DNA of 62,010 bases, filler included, from Squatina squatina (taxonomy: Eukaryota), in NCBI GenBank assembly GCA_031763465.1. It is 3 parts of 3 records of this genome, joined end to end, with 100 filler letters (N's around TTAATTAATTAA, not from the genome) between each part and the next. Parts side by side here need not be neighbours in the genome. Positions count along the whole stretch, not along the records: positions 1 to 18,119 come from JARFOE010000176.1; 2 more parts are not named here. The stretch is one strand, 5' to 3'. The notes under the pieces were generated by a model. That model had not been told where the DNA came from, searched no databases, and was given only the letters and a program-made list of their open reading frames with translations. Of the stretch, positions 1 through 12,239 are shown one piece after another (position 1 is the first letter of the stretch; every line of letters begins with the position of its first letter). Made by a program: the position numbers and the translations under genes.

Positions 1-208
1 TGTAATTTATTCCACAACTGGGCAAATGGGACATTATTGCTGAGGGGTGTAGGATAATGGATGTTGCAATGCACTAACGCTCCCCTTTGATAGCGGGGCA
101 GTAGTGATGTGATACAGCAGGGTGGGGTGGGGGGGTGCGGGGAAAGAAGGGATGGCAGAAAGGAATTGTAGATTCAGTACAAGCTGGTAAAATTATTATT
201 CTTTTTAG

Positions 209-530
209 GTACATTGAAGAATCAATTGAAAAGCTGGGCAAGAGGCATCAGTACCACATTCGTGCCTACGATCCTAAAGGAGGGTTGGACAATGCTAGAC
301 GTTTAACAGGCCACCATGAAACCTCAAATATCAATGAGTTCTCGGCTGGTGTTGCCAATAGAGGAGCCAGCATCCGAATCCCTCGCTCCGTTGGCCAGGA
401 CAAGAAAGGCTACTTTGAAGACCGCCGTCCGTCTGCTAATTGTGACCCTTATGCAGTCACACAAGCATTGGTCCGCACATGCCTATTGGGCGAGTCTGGG
501 GACAAGCCTATTGAGTACAACAAAAATTAA
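209..530 (+). CDS. GLUL: Glutamine synthetase, final coding exon
   Basis: Acceptor ctttttag at 201-208. Translation [81 protein letters not shown]...EYNKN* matches the vertebrate GS C-terminus. TAA at 528-530. The ORF-track extension to 135 is intronic. Confidence 0.97.
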
Positions 531-1955
531 GCAAAATAATGCACTGATGGACCTGGCATTTGTAGCAGTGATACCTGTTGAAATATGGGGCCTTTGGGTC
601 TCTACTCCTTTACTGTACAGGTGCAAAAGGGGAGGGTCAGAAGGGTTTGATTTGTATTTCAGAACATAATTTCTTGTTTTTATCTGGAGGGTGAGGAATG
701 ATGCGTGGGATAGGACAACTAAACTGTTCTCTTATTTAGAACAGTTAATAATTCTTAAGTTGACTGGTCAACTTCACATGGGCACTAACCTGTAATTTAA
801 TGCAGTCAACATTGATATTAAAGCAGGGCTTTTGTTTTTTTTATTANNNNNNNNNNNNNNNNNNNNNNNNNNNNNNNNNNNNNNNNNNNNNNNNNNNNNN
901 NNNNNNNNNNNNNNNNNNNNNNNNNNNCAGTAAACTGCACAATTTCACTGACTTAACTGTAGTTTACATTCTTTCAGATCAATTTTTTGCAGTGCTGGGA
1001 CAGATGTTCTGCAAATGGCTGGTCTAGCACCAGAAAAAAAATAGCTTGTTACTTCTTGGGACTTGACCAGTCCCATAATCATTTTAAATTGCATTCAGAA
1101 CACTACATGTGTTGAGAACCCATCTTAAATGGGAGCTAGGATACTGTAAGATCACAAAATTGGCATACTGCATTCCTGTATGATTTTCACATGCTTACAG
1201 TCTGGCCCACTAATGTTAGTGCTCCTGTCATTACTATAGGGTCCAAGGGCACTGGATTCTTCCAGCTTTCTTAGATGATGCCTTTGTTTATTGTACATTA
1301 CCTTAATGACTAAACTTCTCTATATATAGAGACATGTCCTAAAATCAAAAATGCTCTGCTAATCTCTTGGGTTTTAAAAACATTTCTAATCTTTTCTTGG
1401 GGGTGGGAAGGAGGGGGTTGAAGATGAACAATATACAACTGGTCCTGCAGTGAGTTATCACCTGACCTTTTTTAAACAATATTTTATGGCATTACAGGGA
1501 AAAGTTCAGTTGTAAAAATTTGTTTCCAAGTTTTATTATTTCTGTAGTCCCTGCCTAGGTACACTAACTGGGATTTACTCCTCCCAGTACTACATTTTTG
1601 TTCAACAGTTTCTGAAGCATGCTGTAAGCATTGATGTTTTTTTACTGTACTTTGATGGTACAGGTTTGTTTCAGGGTTCAACTTTGCTGTAGGTTTTTTA
1701 ATTAAGAAAAACAAATAGAACCTTTTTTAAAATTACTATCTCACTGTCTTGTATTTTGAATTGTCATTGCTAAAATTGAATAACAAGGTTTCTAATCAAT
1801 GGTTTTCCTTCTGAAGCAATTTCAACAAGACACAGCAGTTACAAGTCAAAAATGCCTGGCTATCGACTTGCTCATTTGAAGGTTTTATCAAACTGCTTTT
1901 GTAGGTCCCTGGCTATTGCATTTCCATTGTGTGCCTTCTCATCAATGTGAATCCA

Positions 1956-1961
1956 AATAAA
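1956..1961 (+). promoter_or_regulatory. Candidate poly(A) signal for GLUL 3'UTR
   Basis: AATAAA at the end of an AU-rich, UTR-like stretch. A 100-N gap (848-947) separates it from the GLUL stop, so the link is uncertain. Confidence 0.45.
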
Positions 1962-1971
1962 AACATCTGCG

Positions 1972-2310
1972 ATGTCCAATTCGTAGTTTTATTTAGGTGT
2001 TAAAATGACGTTAAATGGGCGCAAAATGCTTAACGCCAACTTATAGTGTTAGGCTTTTTGGTGTGAAATTCGTCTACCCGTTAACACTGGCGCTAAACGG
2101 GCATTAACGGGCTTAGGCCACAATCGCAAGTTTTAGCGTTAGAGTGTCCCGATGACATCATCAGTGGGCGCAACGCCCAAATAAGAGTAAAGCCCTAGAA
2201 TTGGACATGGCTACAAGATCTTAACTTTAGCGTTGTCAACGCCCTGTATTTTGGACATTGACACACCTCTGAACTTTTAGCATTAGAGAAAACTCTGGAA
2301 TTGGGCTTCA
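1972..2310 (+). mobile_element. Harbinger-related MITE / terminal fragment
   Basis: Perfect 11-bp inverted repeat ATGTCCAATTC (1972-1982) / GAATTGGACAT (2198-2208). The interior aligns by eye with the reverse complement of the Harbinger end at 7800-8040 (shared ccaattcgt, cgttaac.ctg.cgctaaa.gggc.ttaa, gatgac.tcatcagt..gcgcaa.gcccaaa). Confidence 0.65.
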
Positions 2311-2538
2311 TTGTAACTTTGTCTCCTGGCTCCATTTCAATCAAATCATGTGTCTTTTCAGTTGAAAGCCTCACTCTGAATCACTGCTGACTTCTCTTTG
2401 GTTTCATCTGAGCTTTCACTATCTTAAAGATTTCTGCCNNNNNNNNNNNNNNNNNNNNNNNNNNNNNNNNNNNNNNNNNNNNNNNNNNNNNNNNNNNNNN
2501 NNNNNNNNNNNNNNNNNNNNNNNNNNNNNNNNNNNNNN

Positions 2539-2909
2539 GGAAACTTTCCCCAGCCTTGGTGTTGTGGCCGCCAGCCCTGCTCTGCCTGCGGTCCTGATCC
2601 CCATTCGTTTGGGGCGAGGAGCCATCCTTATACTCCCCCGTGGGCTGCCAATTGTTGCGGAGCGATTGACTCTTGAAGCCTTCTCGCTTGCCGCCTAATC
2701 CCTCTCCAGGCTGATCGGTCTCCTTTGCCTGCTGGTCGCCATGCTGCTGGAGGCTCTCAGCTTCGAAGATCCGGGAACGTTGCCTGCGATACCTGCTCCC
2801 CTCCAGGCCCTGTAGGGCCTCTGCGAATAGAGCCTCGCGACTGCTCATCTGCATGCGCCTCCTCAGTTGGCTGGTTCTGGCCTCCCAGATAGACATGTGT
2901 TTGTGCCTC
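2539..2909 (-). CDS. CACNA1E: Voltage-gated calcium channel Cav2.3 alpha-1E, II-III loop exon (partial, runs into gap)
   Basis: [27 protein letters not shown] matches recalled CACNA1E [26 protein letters not shown]. Acceptor tttag at 2910-2914 (alternative start ~2921). CACNA1E neighbours GLUL in human. Confidence 0.85.
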
Positions 2910-3565
2910 CTAAATTGACTCCTTTATCCACATGGAGAGCACAATGCAACACAACAGAAAAGAGCAACGTGACAGGAACAAATTTAAAAGAGATAATTAT
3001 TGTTACATTTGAGTGAGCAAAGCTAACATCGGCATCAAATCTCTGGGTAAAACTCTTGTTTCTCGAATTACTTTCATGATGCATCTCCTACTCTCCGCTT
3101 CATCAGAGACCTCACTTATTTGTGTTTACCCTTGCTGTGTTGGGAAATACCAGAGAGAAAGAAACTGGAGTGAACAATCCAATGGGCTGAGAATTGTACA
3201 TCAATGTTTTAGAGGAAATGACGCATTAGGCAAAACACAAGGGGGTCCGAAGTCTACGACAGACTTCACATTAAAGTTGCCGAGCTCAGTAACAGTAAGA
3301 CTTAATCATGAACTTCACTCAAGATCTCTCCAACATACCATTAATTGGATCAATTATAAGCTTAGGGCCAGCTCGTTAAATCAGGCCGTCTGCAGGAACA
3401 CTGGCACTCTCCCTCAAAATCCTGGATCTGGAACACTCTAACCCCTCTCTCACACTCCTGTATCTNNNNNNNNNNNNNNNNNNNNNNNNNNNNNNNNNNN
3501 NNNNNNNNNNNNNNNNNNNNNNNNNNNNNNNNNNNNNNNNNNNNNNNNNNNNNNNNNNNNNNNNN

Positions 3566-3880
3566 GGTCTTAGGAATTTGTGGCGGGCATTGAAAACAAT
3601 GGCTTCCATCTTCCCAATATTTAGTTGGAGAAAATATCTGCTCATCCAGTACTGAATATCAGACAAGAAGTCTGATTGTGAGACAGTGGAGGGGTTGAGA
3701 GAAGTGGTGGTGAGGTAGAGCTGGGGGCCGTCAGCGTACATATGGAAACTGACACAGTGTTTTCGGATGATGGCGCCAAGGGGCAACATATGGATGAGAA
3801 ATAGGAGGGGCCAAGGATGGATCCTTGGGGGACACCAGAGGTAATGATGTGGGAGTGGGAAGAGAGGCCGTTGCAGGTGA
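3566..3880 (-). mobile_element. L2/CR1-clade LINE reverse transcriptase fragment (degenerate)
   Basis: Frameshifted GVPQGSILGP / LLFLIHMLPLGAIIRKHCVSFHMYADGPQLYL, i.e. the RT PQG and YADD regions. Confidence 0.88.
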
Positions 3881-4193
3881 AACATTCCACCGTGACATTG
3901 TCCGGGTTCTACACTGAGAGGAGGACCAGCCCAGTCCCAAGTGTTAACACTTCAGCATGAGCTTATCCATGACAGTTGAAGGAGGAATGTTGGTCAGGGC
4001 ACTGCCAGGAGGGGGCTTCTTCGGCAACACAAGTTGCATGGGAACACCAGCATTTCCAAGTCACACACTATCCAGACTTTGAAATATATTGCTNNNNNNN
4101 NNNNNNNNNNNNNNNNNNNNNNNNNNNNNNNNNNNNNNNNNNNNNNNNNNNNNNNNNNNNNNNNNNNNNNNNNNNNNNNNNNNNNNNNNNNNN

Positions 4194-4500
4194 GTGGGAG
4201 GAGATTTTCAGTCTTTCAGATGAGACGTTAAATTGAGGCCCTGCCTGTCCTCTCAGGTGGATGCAAAAGATCCCACAGCATAGTTGAAGAGCAGGGTAGT
4301 TCTCCCTGGTGTCCTGGCCAGTATTTATCACTAAAACAAATGAACTAGTATTATCAAATTGCTGTTTGCGGGATCTAGCTGTGCGCAAATTGGCTGCAGC
4401 AGTTTCCTAGATTACAACAGTGACTATACTTTAAAAATACTTCATTGGCTGCAAAGTGCTTTGGGAGTTCAGGAAAAGTAAATGTCAGTCGTTCTTTCTT
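4194..4500 (+). mobile_element. Deu-domain SINE (SacSINE1-like), 5'-truncated by gap
   Basis: Core tgctgtttgcgggatctagctgtgcgcaaattggctgc...ttacaacagtgact...ttcattggctg shared with copies at 16607, 19230 and 46991. Confidence 0.8.
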
Positions 4501-4954
4501 TAGTTACTTCTTTCCGTCTTCTAAATGCCTTGGCTTTGACTTCCTGTGAGACCTCGGCAATAACATTGAGAATGGAATAAGCCAGGGGGCTCCATGCTGC
4601 AGTATCAAGGNNNNNNNNNNGGGGTTACACCAATTGTCGACTGCAAGCCACTTGAAGCCTAGAGGGAGTGAGTCAACCAGCTAACCAGTACTGACACTAG
4701 CACTTGTCACTTTGTCACTGCTGCTCAGCACTAATTGGTTCACAGAGGTTCCTGCATCTGTGACAATTTGCTGCAAACACAACACTTCACACCCTCCGCA
4801 ACTGGTATGAAATTGCATCACGTGGCAGGCTCCAACTGCAACATATGTTTAAAGTATTCATTTTTATAGCATAAAACATTTTTGCAATTCCACTCTCTCG
4901 GCAGGCTAAAGGCAACACAGAGCAGGAAGGGAAATGGTTTTGTTCCTGAGCTTA

Positions 4955-5228
4955 TATTCCTATGAGTTTAGAAGATTAATGGGCGAACTGATTGAGGTGG
5001 TTGAGAGGATTAAAGGATTTGATAGGGTGGATAGAGAGAAACTATTTCCTCTGGTGACGGGAGTGCAGAACAAGGGGGCATAACCTTAAAATTAGAGCTT
5101 GACCGTTCAGGGTGATGTCAGGAAGTAGTTCTTCACACAAAGGGTCGTGGAAATCTGGAAACCTTGCACTAAAAAGACTGTGAAGGCTGGGGTTTAATTG
5201 GCGCTTTCAAGACAGAGATCAATAGATT
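4955..5228 (+). mobile_element. CR1 LINE 3' fragment
   Basis: ctatgag...agaagattaatgggcgaactgattgagg...gatagggtggatagagagaaactatttcctctgg...ttcttcacacaaagggtcgtggaaatctggaa, typical CR1 ORF2 end. Confidence 0.8.
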
Positions 5229-5328
5229 NNNNNNNNNNNNNNNNNNNNNNNNNNNNNNNNNNNNNNNNNNNNNNNNNNNNNNNNNNNNNNNNNNNNNNNN
5301 NNNNNNNNNNNNNNNNNNNNNNNNNNNN

Positions 5329-6076
5329 ACCCCCAAACCCACCACACACCCCAAATCAGCCACACACCCCAAACCCACCCCACACCCCAAACCCACCCCA
5401 CAGCCCCAAACCCACCACACACCTCAAACCCATCGCACACCCCAAACCCACTGAAGCCCCAAACACACTCCACACTCACAAACCCCACCCGACAACCCAA
5501 ACCCACCCCACACCCCCAAACCCCCCCCACACCCCAAACCCACCACACACCGAAACCCACCACACACCCCAAACCCGCCACACTCCCCAAACCCACCCCA
5601 CACCCCAAACCCACCACACACCCCAAACACACACAACACTCCCTAACCCACCCCACACCTCAAACCCACCACACACCCCCAAACCCAACCCACACCCCAA
5701 ACCCACCCCACAACCTCAAACCTACCACACACCCCCAAACCTTCCCCACACCACAAACCCACCACACACCCCAAACCCACCCGACACTCCCAAACCCACC
5801 GCAAAACCCAAACCCACCCCACACCACGAAACCCCACCCCACACACCCAAACCCACCACACGCCCTCCAAACCCATCACATGCCACCAAACATACCCGAC
5901 AACCCAAACCCACCCCACACTCCCAAACACACCCCACACTCCCAAACCCACCCGACAACCCAAACGCACACCACATCTCAAACCCAACACACAGCCCCAA
6001 ACCCGCCACACACCCCAAACCCACCCCACACCCCAAACCCACCCCACAGCCCCAAACCCACCACACACCTCAAACC
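5329..6076. repeat. C/A-rich minisatellite, ~18-bp unit (CACACCCCAAACCCACCC-like)
   Basis: Whole contig is degenerate tandem copies. It produces the spurious PNPPHT / GVWGVG ORFs. Confidence 0.95.
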
Positions 6077-6176
6077 NNNNNNNNNNNNNNNNNNNNNNNN
6101 NNNNNNNNNNNNNNNNNNNNNNNNNNNNNNNNNNNNNNNNNNNNNNNNNNNNNNNNNNNNNNNNNNNNNNNNNNNN

Positions 6177-6723
6177 GAATCCCCTATCACTATAGCCCTC
6201 CCACTCATTTTCCTCCCCTCCTGGGCAGCAGAGCCACCTGTGGTGCCATGAACTTGGCTGCTGCTGCCTTCCCCTGAGAAGCCATCTCCCCCAACAATAC
6301 CCAAAGCGGTATATCTGTTAGCGAGGGGCATGGCCCCAGGGGACTCCTGCACTACCTGCCTGAGCCTTCTACTCTGCCTGTTGGTCACCCATCCCTTTTC
6401 TGCCTGTGCAGTCATTACCTGCAGTGTGGGCACCTCACTAAATGTGCTATCCACGATGTCCTCAGCATCGCGGATGCACCACTGTGAATCCATCTGCAGC
6501 TCCAGCTCCGCAGTGCGGTTACCCAGTAGCTGCAGCTGGAAACACTTGAAGCTGGTTAGCTATCCACTCTGCTACTTGTCTCCTGACTCCACATTCTCTG
6601 ACATTGTTCATCAGTCTATTCTGGGGTACCTTATCGAAGGCCTTTTGAAAATCTAGATAACTTACATCTACTGCATTACCATTGTCTTTTTTTCTGTTAC
6701 CTCTTCAAAAAATTGAATGAGGT
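6177..6723 (-). mobile_element. CR1 LINE fragments (ORF1 pre-esterase region plus short ORF2 piece)
   Basis: WVT...RQVVQESPGAMPLANRYTALGIV...RAIVIGD is CR1 ORF1 leading into the GDS esterase motif. LIQFFEEVT is an ORF2 remnant. Confidence 0.8.
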
Positions 6724-6823
6724 NNNNNNNNNNNNNNNNNNNNNNNNNNNNNNNNNNNNNNNNNNNNNNNNNNNNNNNNNNNNNNNNNNNNNNNNNNNNN
6801 NNNNNNNNNNNNNNNNNNNNNNN

Positions 6824-8040
6824 GAGGACGAAACATCTCAGTGATGCGGCTCTGACACATGATGAAAGCATCATGAGTGCTGCCAGGGTACCTTGCATCA
6901 GCGGCCATGAACTTCTTGGTGTGGTCGCATATGAGTTGCACATTCAACGATTGGAAGCTCCTTCAATTTCGGAAGATCTCCGGACGATGCAAAGGTGCAA
7001 GGAGGGTGACATATGTGCAATCAATGGCAACCTGGATCCTAGTGAAGCCTACAGCTCTCTCGGGAATTAGATGTACTACCTTCTTCTCTGGTACAGTGCG
7101 GTGGTGGCCTGTCTGAGGCAACAGTGGGCAGCGTAATGAGTGACGTTGCAAATATCAGCCGTTGCAGTTTGAAAGGTCTCATTGACATAAAAATTGAGCG
7201 CCACTGTGATTTTAACTGCCACAAAGAGAGCAGTGGATGCCCTGGTGTGAGGCTGGAGTTGGTACAGGTCAGTTATGACCTCCTTTTTGAAACGCAGTCA
7301 ACAAAGGCATTGCTCATCGGTCATGTGGAGGTAGCTAAAGTGGCATCTGTAGACTCTGTGGGCATACCCTCTTCGAGGACGCTGTAGTGGTCTGGGCTGT
7401 GCCACCAGTGGTGCAGGTGGCTCTGGCATGTCATGTTGGGCGTAGTCATCCTCAGGAGCTGCTGCTGCCTCAACCCCAGCCTCATTTGCCGGGGCCCTCC
7501 TGGCTCTCAGCTGGTTTCTAAGTTGTCTTCTGTNNNNNNNNNNCTAATGCAGCACCCATGGCAAGTCGCTCTGATTTTTTCACTCTGAAAAATTGTGATG
7601 AGACTCCAAATAAAAGTTGGCAGAGTCTCTATGTGAGCCGCTAAAAAATGAAATCCTGCGATATCTGCGTCAGCAAGCCGAGACACAAACTCAGAATACA
7701 GCTCACTCCCAGGCCTTTAAATTGTGCTACAAATCATAAGATTCAGGGTGTCAACACCCAAAAAAATAGGCGCTGACATCACTATTTTAAANNNNNNNNN
7801 NCCTGATCAAATTTGTCATCAGGCAGCCATTTTGGGCATTGCGCTGACTGATGACGTCATTGACGGCATCTCGCGCTGGATGCTGAGTTTCCGGCCTTAA
7901 AGGTTTAACGCCCATTTAGCGGCAGAGTTAACGAGAAATGAATTTCCCATCGGTAAATTTAGCACCCAAAATCGGCATTAGGCCATTAACACCGATTTAA
8001 CGCTAGTTTATCGCCCCCAAAAAAAGAACGAATTGGCCCC
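6824..8040 (-). mobile_element. PIF/Harbinger DNA transposon, left end plus degenerate transposase gene
   Basis: Terminus GGGGCCAATT on the minus strand at 8040. ATG GGT GCT start at 7559. Remnants IQVAIDCTYV, LNVQLICDH and ARYPGSTHDAFI (HARBI1-like DDE motifs) with stops and frameshifts. Truncated by gap. Confidence 0.9.
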
Positions 8041-9440
8041 CCCTGTCTCATTACACAATACATGATCTAAAATAGACTGTTCCGTGGTTGGTTCCACAAC
8101 ACATTGATCTAGGAAACAAAATTTGATTTGCCCAATCAATATGGGATTAACTTTCCCCACAACTATTGCATTGCCTTTGTTACAAGCAATATTCCCTCTG
8201 CGCGGCTGTGTGGCTCTTTGCTGGTCCGGCTTTTTCAATAAACTGTGAATGGGCCATGCAACCCCCCAAAATTAGGGGGCACATTGGTTACAAGCTCCTA
8301 TTGTTTCTTGATTAATACTCTGTCCAATGGTATCGCTACTTTTAGGGGTCCTATAAACTACTCCCACCACTGTTCTCTGCTCTTGTTATTTCATATCTCC
8401 ACCATACTGATTCTACTTCCTGATCTTCCGAACGAAGATCCTTTCTCACTACTGTTCTTTTGTCATCCTTAATTGTCAGGGCTACCCCACCTCCTGCTCT
8501 CGCCTACCTGCCTTCTTGAAACGTCAAGTAACCTGGAATATTTAGATGCCAACCTTGATCAACTTGCAACCACGTCTCTGTGATGGCTGTTCGATCAAAG
8601 CCATATCTCTATTTGTGCCACCAATTCTTCTATCTTGTTACGAATGCTTCATGCATTCAGATAAAGGGTCTTAATTTTGAACTTTTTATCATTATTTCCT
8701 GCTTTCACCTTATTCGCTGATGCACCATTACCGTTAAACTCTCTGCCCCTTCCTGTCGCACTGCTTATCTTTACCCAAATCGCTCCAGTGCCTTGATTTT
8801 TCTCTGGATTTCTAAATTTTCTCACCTGACCCCTCCACCCTCCTTTTTAATATAAAGCCCTAACTATTTGATTCGTCAGGATACTGGTTCCAGCCATACT
8901 GATTCTACTTAAGTGGAGTTCATCCCAATGGAACTGCTCCCTCTGTCCCCAGTGCCCCATGAATTGAAACACCTTCCTCCCACACCACTTTTAGCCACAC
9001 ATTTAACTCTCCGATCTGCCTGTCACAGTGCAGATTTAAGTGTGGCTCAGGTAACAATCTGGAGATTCTTACCTTTAAGGTTCAGCTTTTTAATTTGGAC
9101 CCTAGCTCCTCAAACTCCCTCAGTAGAACCTCATTCCTAGTTCCACTCGGTCATTGGTTTCAATATGGACCACAACAACTAGATCATTCCCCTCCCACGC
9201 CAATTTCTTCTCCAGCCGAGAGGAGATATCCGCAACACTGCCTTCGGAATGCCTGGTCACAGCTGCAGAGAACAGTGTTTATCCCCCCTGACTACACTGT
9301 CCCCTACCACAACATTCCTTTTCACTTGCCCGCACTTGAATGGCTTCTTGTATTATGGTGCCATGGTCAGTTTGCTCATCCACCCTGCAGACTTTAGCCT
9401 CACCCACACAGGCAGCAAGAACTTCATATCTGTTGGATAA
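8041..9440 (-). mobile_element. Degenerate CR1 LINE (endonuclease/ORF1 region)
   Basis: FLDQCVVEPTTEQSILDHVLCNETG is the CR1 APE C-terminal motif. The flanking sequence resembles the CR1 copy at 51540-53830. Confidence 0.75.
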
Positions 9441-9539
9441 GGGCAGATCCCTTTACCTGCCGCAAGTTGCTGGATAATTTGCACCACAGCTGCTAGCTCA
9501 AGAAAAAAAAGGGTATCTTGCCCTTCATCCTTCCCTTGG

Positions 9540-10065
9540 GTCTCATGAAGTTGCTGCATTTGCACATTCATTGCTCATTAAACTTGCCAGAGAGTTAAGT
9601 CTAGTAATTAATAGTGCAAGTACCCTATTAATGATGGAATAATTGTTAGTGACTGCCAATCAGCCTCTCTAGCCCAGAAAGTGAATTAAAAGCATGCAGT
9701 CTCATTCCTTCAGGTAGTTGAATGGTTAAGTTTAAAGAGTATCAAATTTTATTACCTACTTTTCCTTTGACTCTCTCAATCTAATCTTTCTTTCCCTCTC
9801 AATTCTCGTGCTGTACTTGATTGGTATTGAATTCACCCATTCTAATTCACCTTTTCAGTCCTCCCTGTTTATTTCTCAATCCTTAAAATCTGATTGGTTA
9901 AAAGAGATACACTTGGTCCTGTTGTTTACCAAGGTCCCAGATGCCTTATTACCAGCTCGCACTTCCAGCAACTTGCAAGGCAAAACATTTGAGCTGAAGG
10001 GTGCAGGAAAATATCTAACTAACCAGCATGCTGCGAGATGCCCTGCTGCAGCAAATTCTGGCCCA
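9540..10065. mobile_element. Non-autonomous DNA element (MITE), family shared with 50815-51528
   Basis: Shared blocks (actgccaa, ctgattggtt) and a Harbinger-like terminus aaattctggccc. Confidence 0.5.
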
Positions 10066-10317
10066 TTGTGTCGACAGGACGTGTCTGGTTGATGCAAGAG
10101 GGACAGGAGGGCATCTGGAATTCGCTGCCCGAATTGGTGGTGGAGGCAGAAACCCTCAACTATTTTAAAAGGTACCTGGACCTGCACCTAAAGTGCTGTA
10201 AGCTGCAGGGCTACGGANNNNNNNNNNNNNNNNNNNNNNNNNNNNNNNNNNNNNNNNNNNNNNNNNNNNNNNNNNNNNNNNNNNNNNNNNNNNNNNNNNN
10301 NNNNNNNNNNNNNNNNN

Positions 10318-11769
10318 GAGAGCTCTGTGTACTGAACAGTGAATTACAAAGAGAGCTGTGTGTACACTGAACTCTTTGTGATACAGTGAGCTGTGTGTCC
10401 TGATCAGTTTGTTCCACAGTGAGCTGTGTGTACTGAACTATGTGTTTGCAGAGATGCGTGTGTGCTGAAAAGTGTGTTACACAGAGAGCTGTGTGTATTG
10501 AACATTGTGTCAATCAGAGAGCTGTGTGCACTGAAAAGTTTGTATATTCACAGAGAGTTGTGTGTACTGAAGTGTGTGTTACACTGGGAACTTTGTGTAC
10601 TGAACAGTGTCTTACACAGGGCTGTGTGTACTGAACAGTGTCTTACACTGTGAGAGCTCTGTATACTGAAAATTTGTTTTGCAGTGAGCTGTGTGTACTG
10701 ATCAGCGAGTTACAAAGAGATGTGTTTGCTGAAATGTGTATTACATAGAGAGCTGTGTGTCCTGAACATTGTGTTACACAGAGAGCTGATTGTACTGAAG
10801 CGTGTGTTACACAAAGAGCTGTGTGTACAGAATAGTGTGATGCACAGAGAGCTGTGTGTACTGAACTCTGTGTTAAGCAGGAAGAGCTGTGTGTACTGAA
10901 CTGTGTGTTGCACTGCGAGAGCTGTGTGTACTGAACAGTATGATATACATGAGAACTTTGTGTACTGAACAGTGTGGTACACAGAGCTGTGTGTACTGAA
11001 CACAGTATTACACAGTGAGAGATGTGTTTACTGAAATGTGTGTTACACAGAGAGTGGTGTGTAGTGAACAGTATGTTACACAGCTGTGTGTACTGAAAAG
11101 TTTGTTACATTGAGAGCCTTGTGCACTGAACAAAGTTACACAGAGAGAGAGCTGTCTGTACTGAAAAGTGTGTTACACAGAGAGAGCTGTGCACTGAAAA
11201 GTGTGTTACCCAGAGAACTGTGTGTACTGAACGGTTTGTTGCATAGTGAGAGATGGGTGTACTGAACATAATGTTACACAGAGAGAGCTGTCTGTACTGA
11301 ACCGTGTGTTTCAGAGAGAGAGTTTTGTGTACTGATCAGTGAGTTACACAGGGTGAGTTGAGTGTACTGAAGTGTGTTACACAGAGAGCTGTGTTTGCTG
11401 AACTGTATGTTATACAGAGAGAGCTGTGTGTACTCAACAGAGTGTTGCACAGGGAGCTGTCTGTACTGAACAGTTTATTACACACAGATTGCTGTGGGCT
11501 CTTAATAGTGTGTTAAGCAGGAAGAGCTGTGTGTACTGATCTCTGTGTTACACAGGGAGAGTTGTGTGTGATGAACAATGTGTTACATAGGGAGCTGTGC
11601 GTACTGATCAGTGCATTACTCAGAGAGCTGTGAGTACTGAACAGTTTGTTACACAGACAGAGCTGTGTGTACTGGACAATGTGTTAGAAAAACAGCTGTG
11701 TGTACTGAACACTGCATTAAATAGGAGGAGCTGTGTGTACTGAACAATGATTTACACAGAGAGAGCTGT
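10318..11769. repeat. Minisatellite, ~33-37-bp unit (AGAGAGCTGTGTGTACTGAACAGTGTGTTACAC)
   Basis: About 40 degenerate tandem copies visible directly. Confidence 0.95.
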
Positions 11770-11823
11770 CATAGAAACATAGAAACATAGAAAATAGGTG
11801 CAGGAGTAGGCCATTTAGCCCTT
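11770..11823 (-). mobile_element. CR1 LINE 3' tail with (TTTCTATG)n terminal repeats
   Basis: catagaaacatagaaacatagaaaataggtgcaggagtaggcc, identical to 61888-61930. Confidence 0.85.
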
Positions 11824-11989
11824 NNNNNNNNNNNNNNNNNNNNNNNNNNNNNNNNNNNNNNNNNNNNNNNNNNNNNNNNNNNNNNNNNNNNNNNNNNNNN
11901 NNNNNNNNNNNNNNNNNNNNNNNCCTGATTTCCAACGACACAAGCTCACTGAAAAAAGATACAACGTACAAAATATACATCACACCAAC

Positions 11990-12058
11990 CTCCTTCTTAT
12001 TTCTTTTTGCTTCCTGAAGAAATTCCATTAGGATCTGCAGCTGGGCTGCCTGCGATTC
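11990..12058 (-). CDS. COP1: E3 ubiquitin ligase COP1 (RFWD2), coiled-coil exon
   Basis: tttag|[23 protein letters not shown]|gttggt, 69 nt, phase 0-0. Matches recalled human [23 protein letters not shown]. Confidence 0.92.
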
Positions 12059-12239
12059 CTAAATAAGGAAGACGTAGTCATTGCAAATGGAAACACCAGC
12101 TCACACATCACTTTCCAATGCCCACTGATCCTGTCACTGCACTGGCTGATGGGGATTACATTGCTGATTGAGGACATCGAAAGGTGGACCTAGCTGTCAG
12201 TGCTCCAGACGATGAACGCAGCACTGATCCAAACAGACA

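Noticed and set aside
135-208. N-terminal extension of the GLUL ORF
   Set aside because: Intronic sequence upstream of the splice acceptor at 208.
5198-6277. 359-aa Pro/His/Thr-rich ORF (extensin-like) and antisense Gly/Val/Trp ORFs
   Set aside because: Translation of an 18-bp minisatellite, read through N gaps; no splice or homology support.
6824-7559. Domesticated HARBI1 gene
   Set aside because: Contains stops and frameshifts and retains a transposon terminus, so it is a decayed element.
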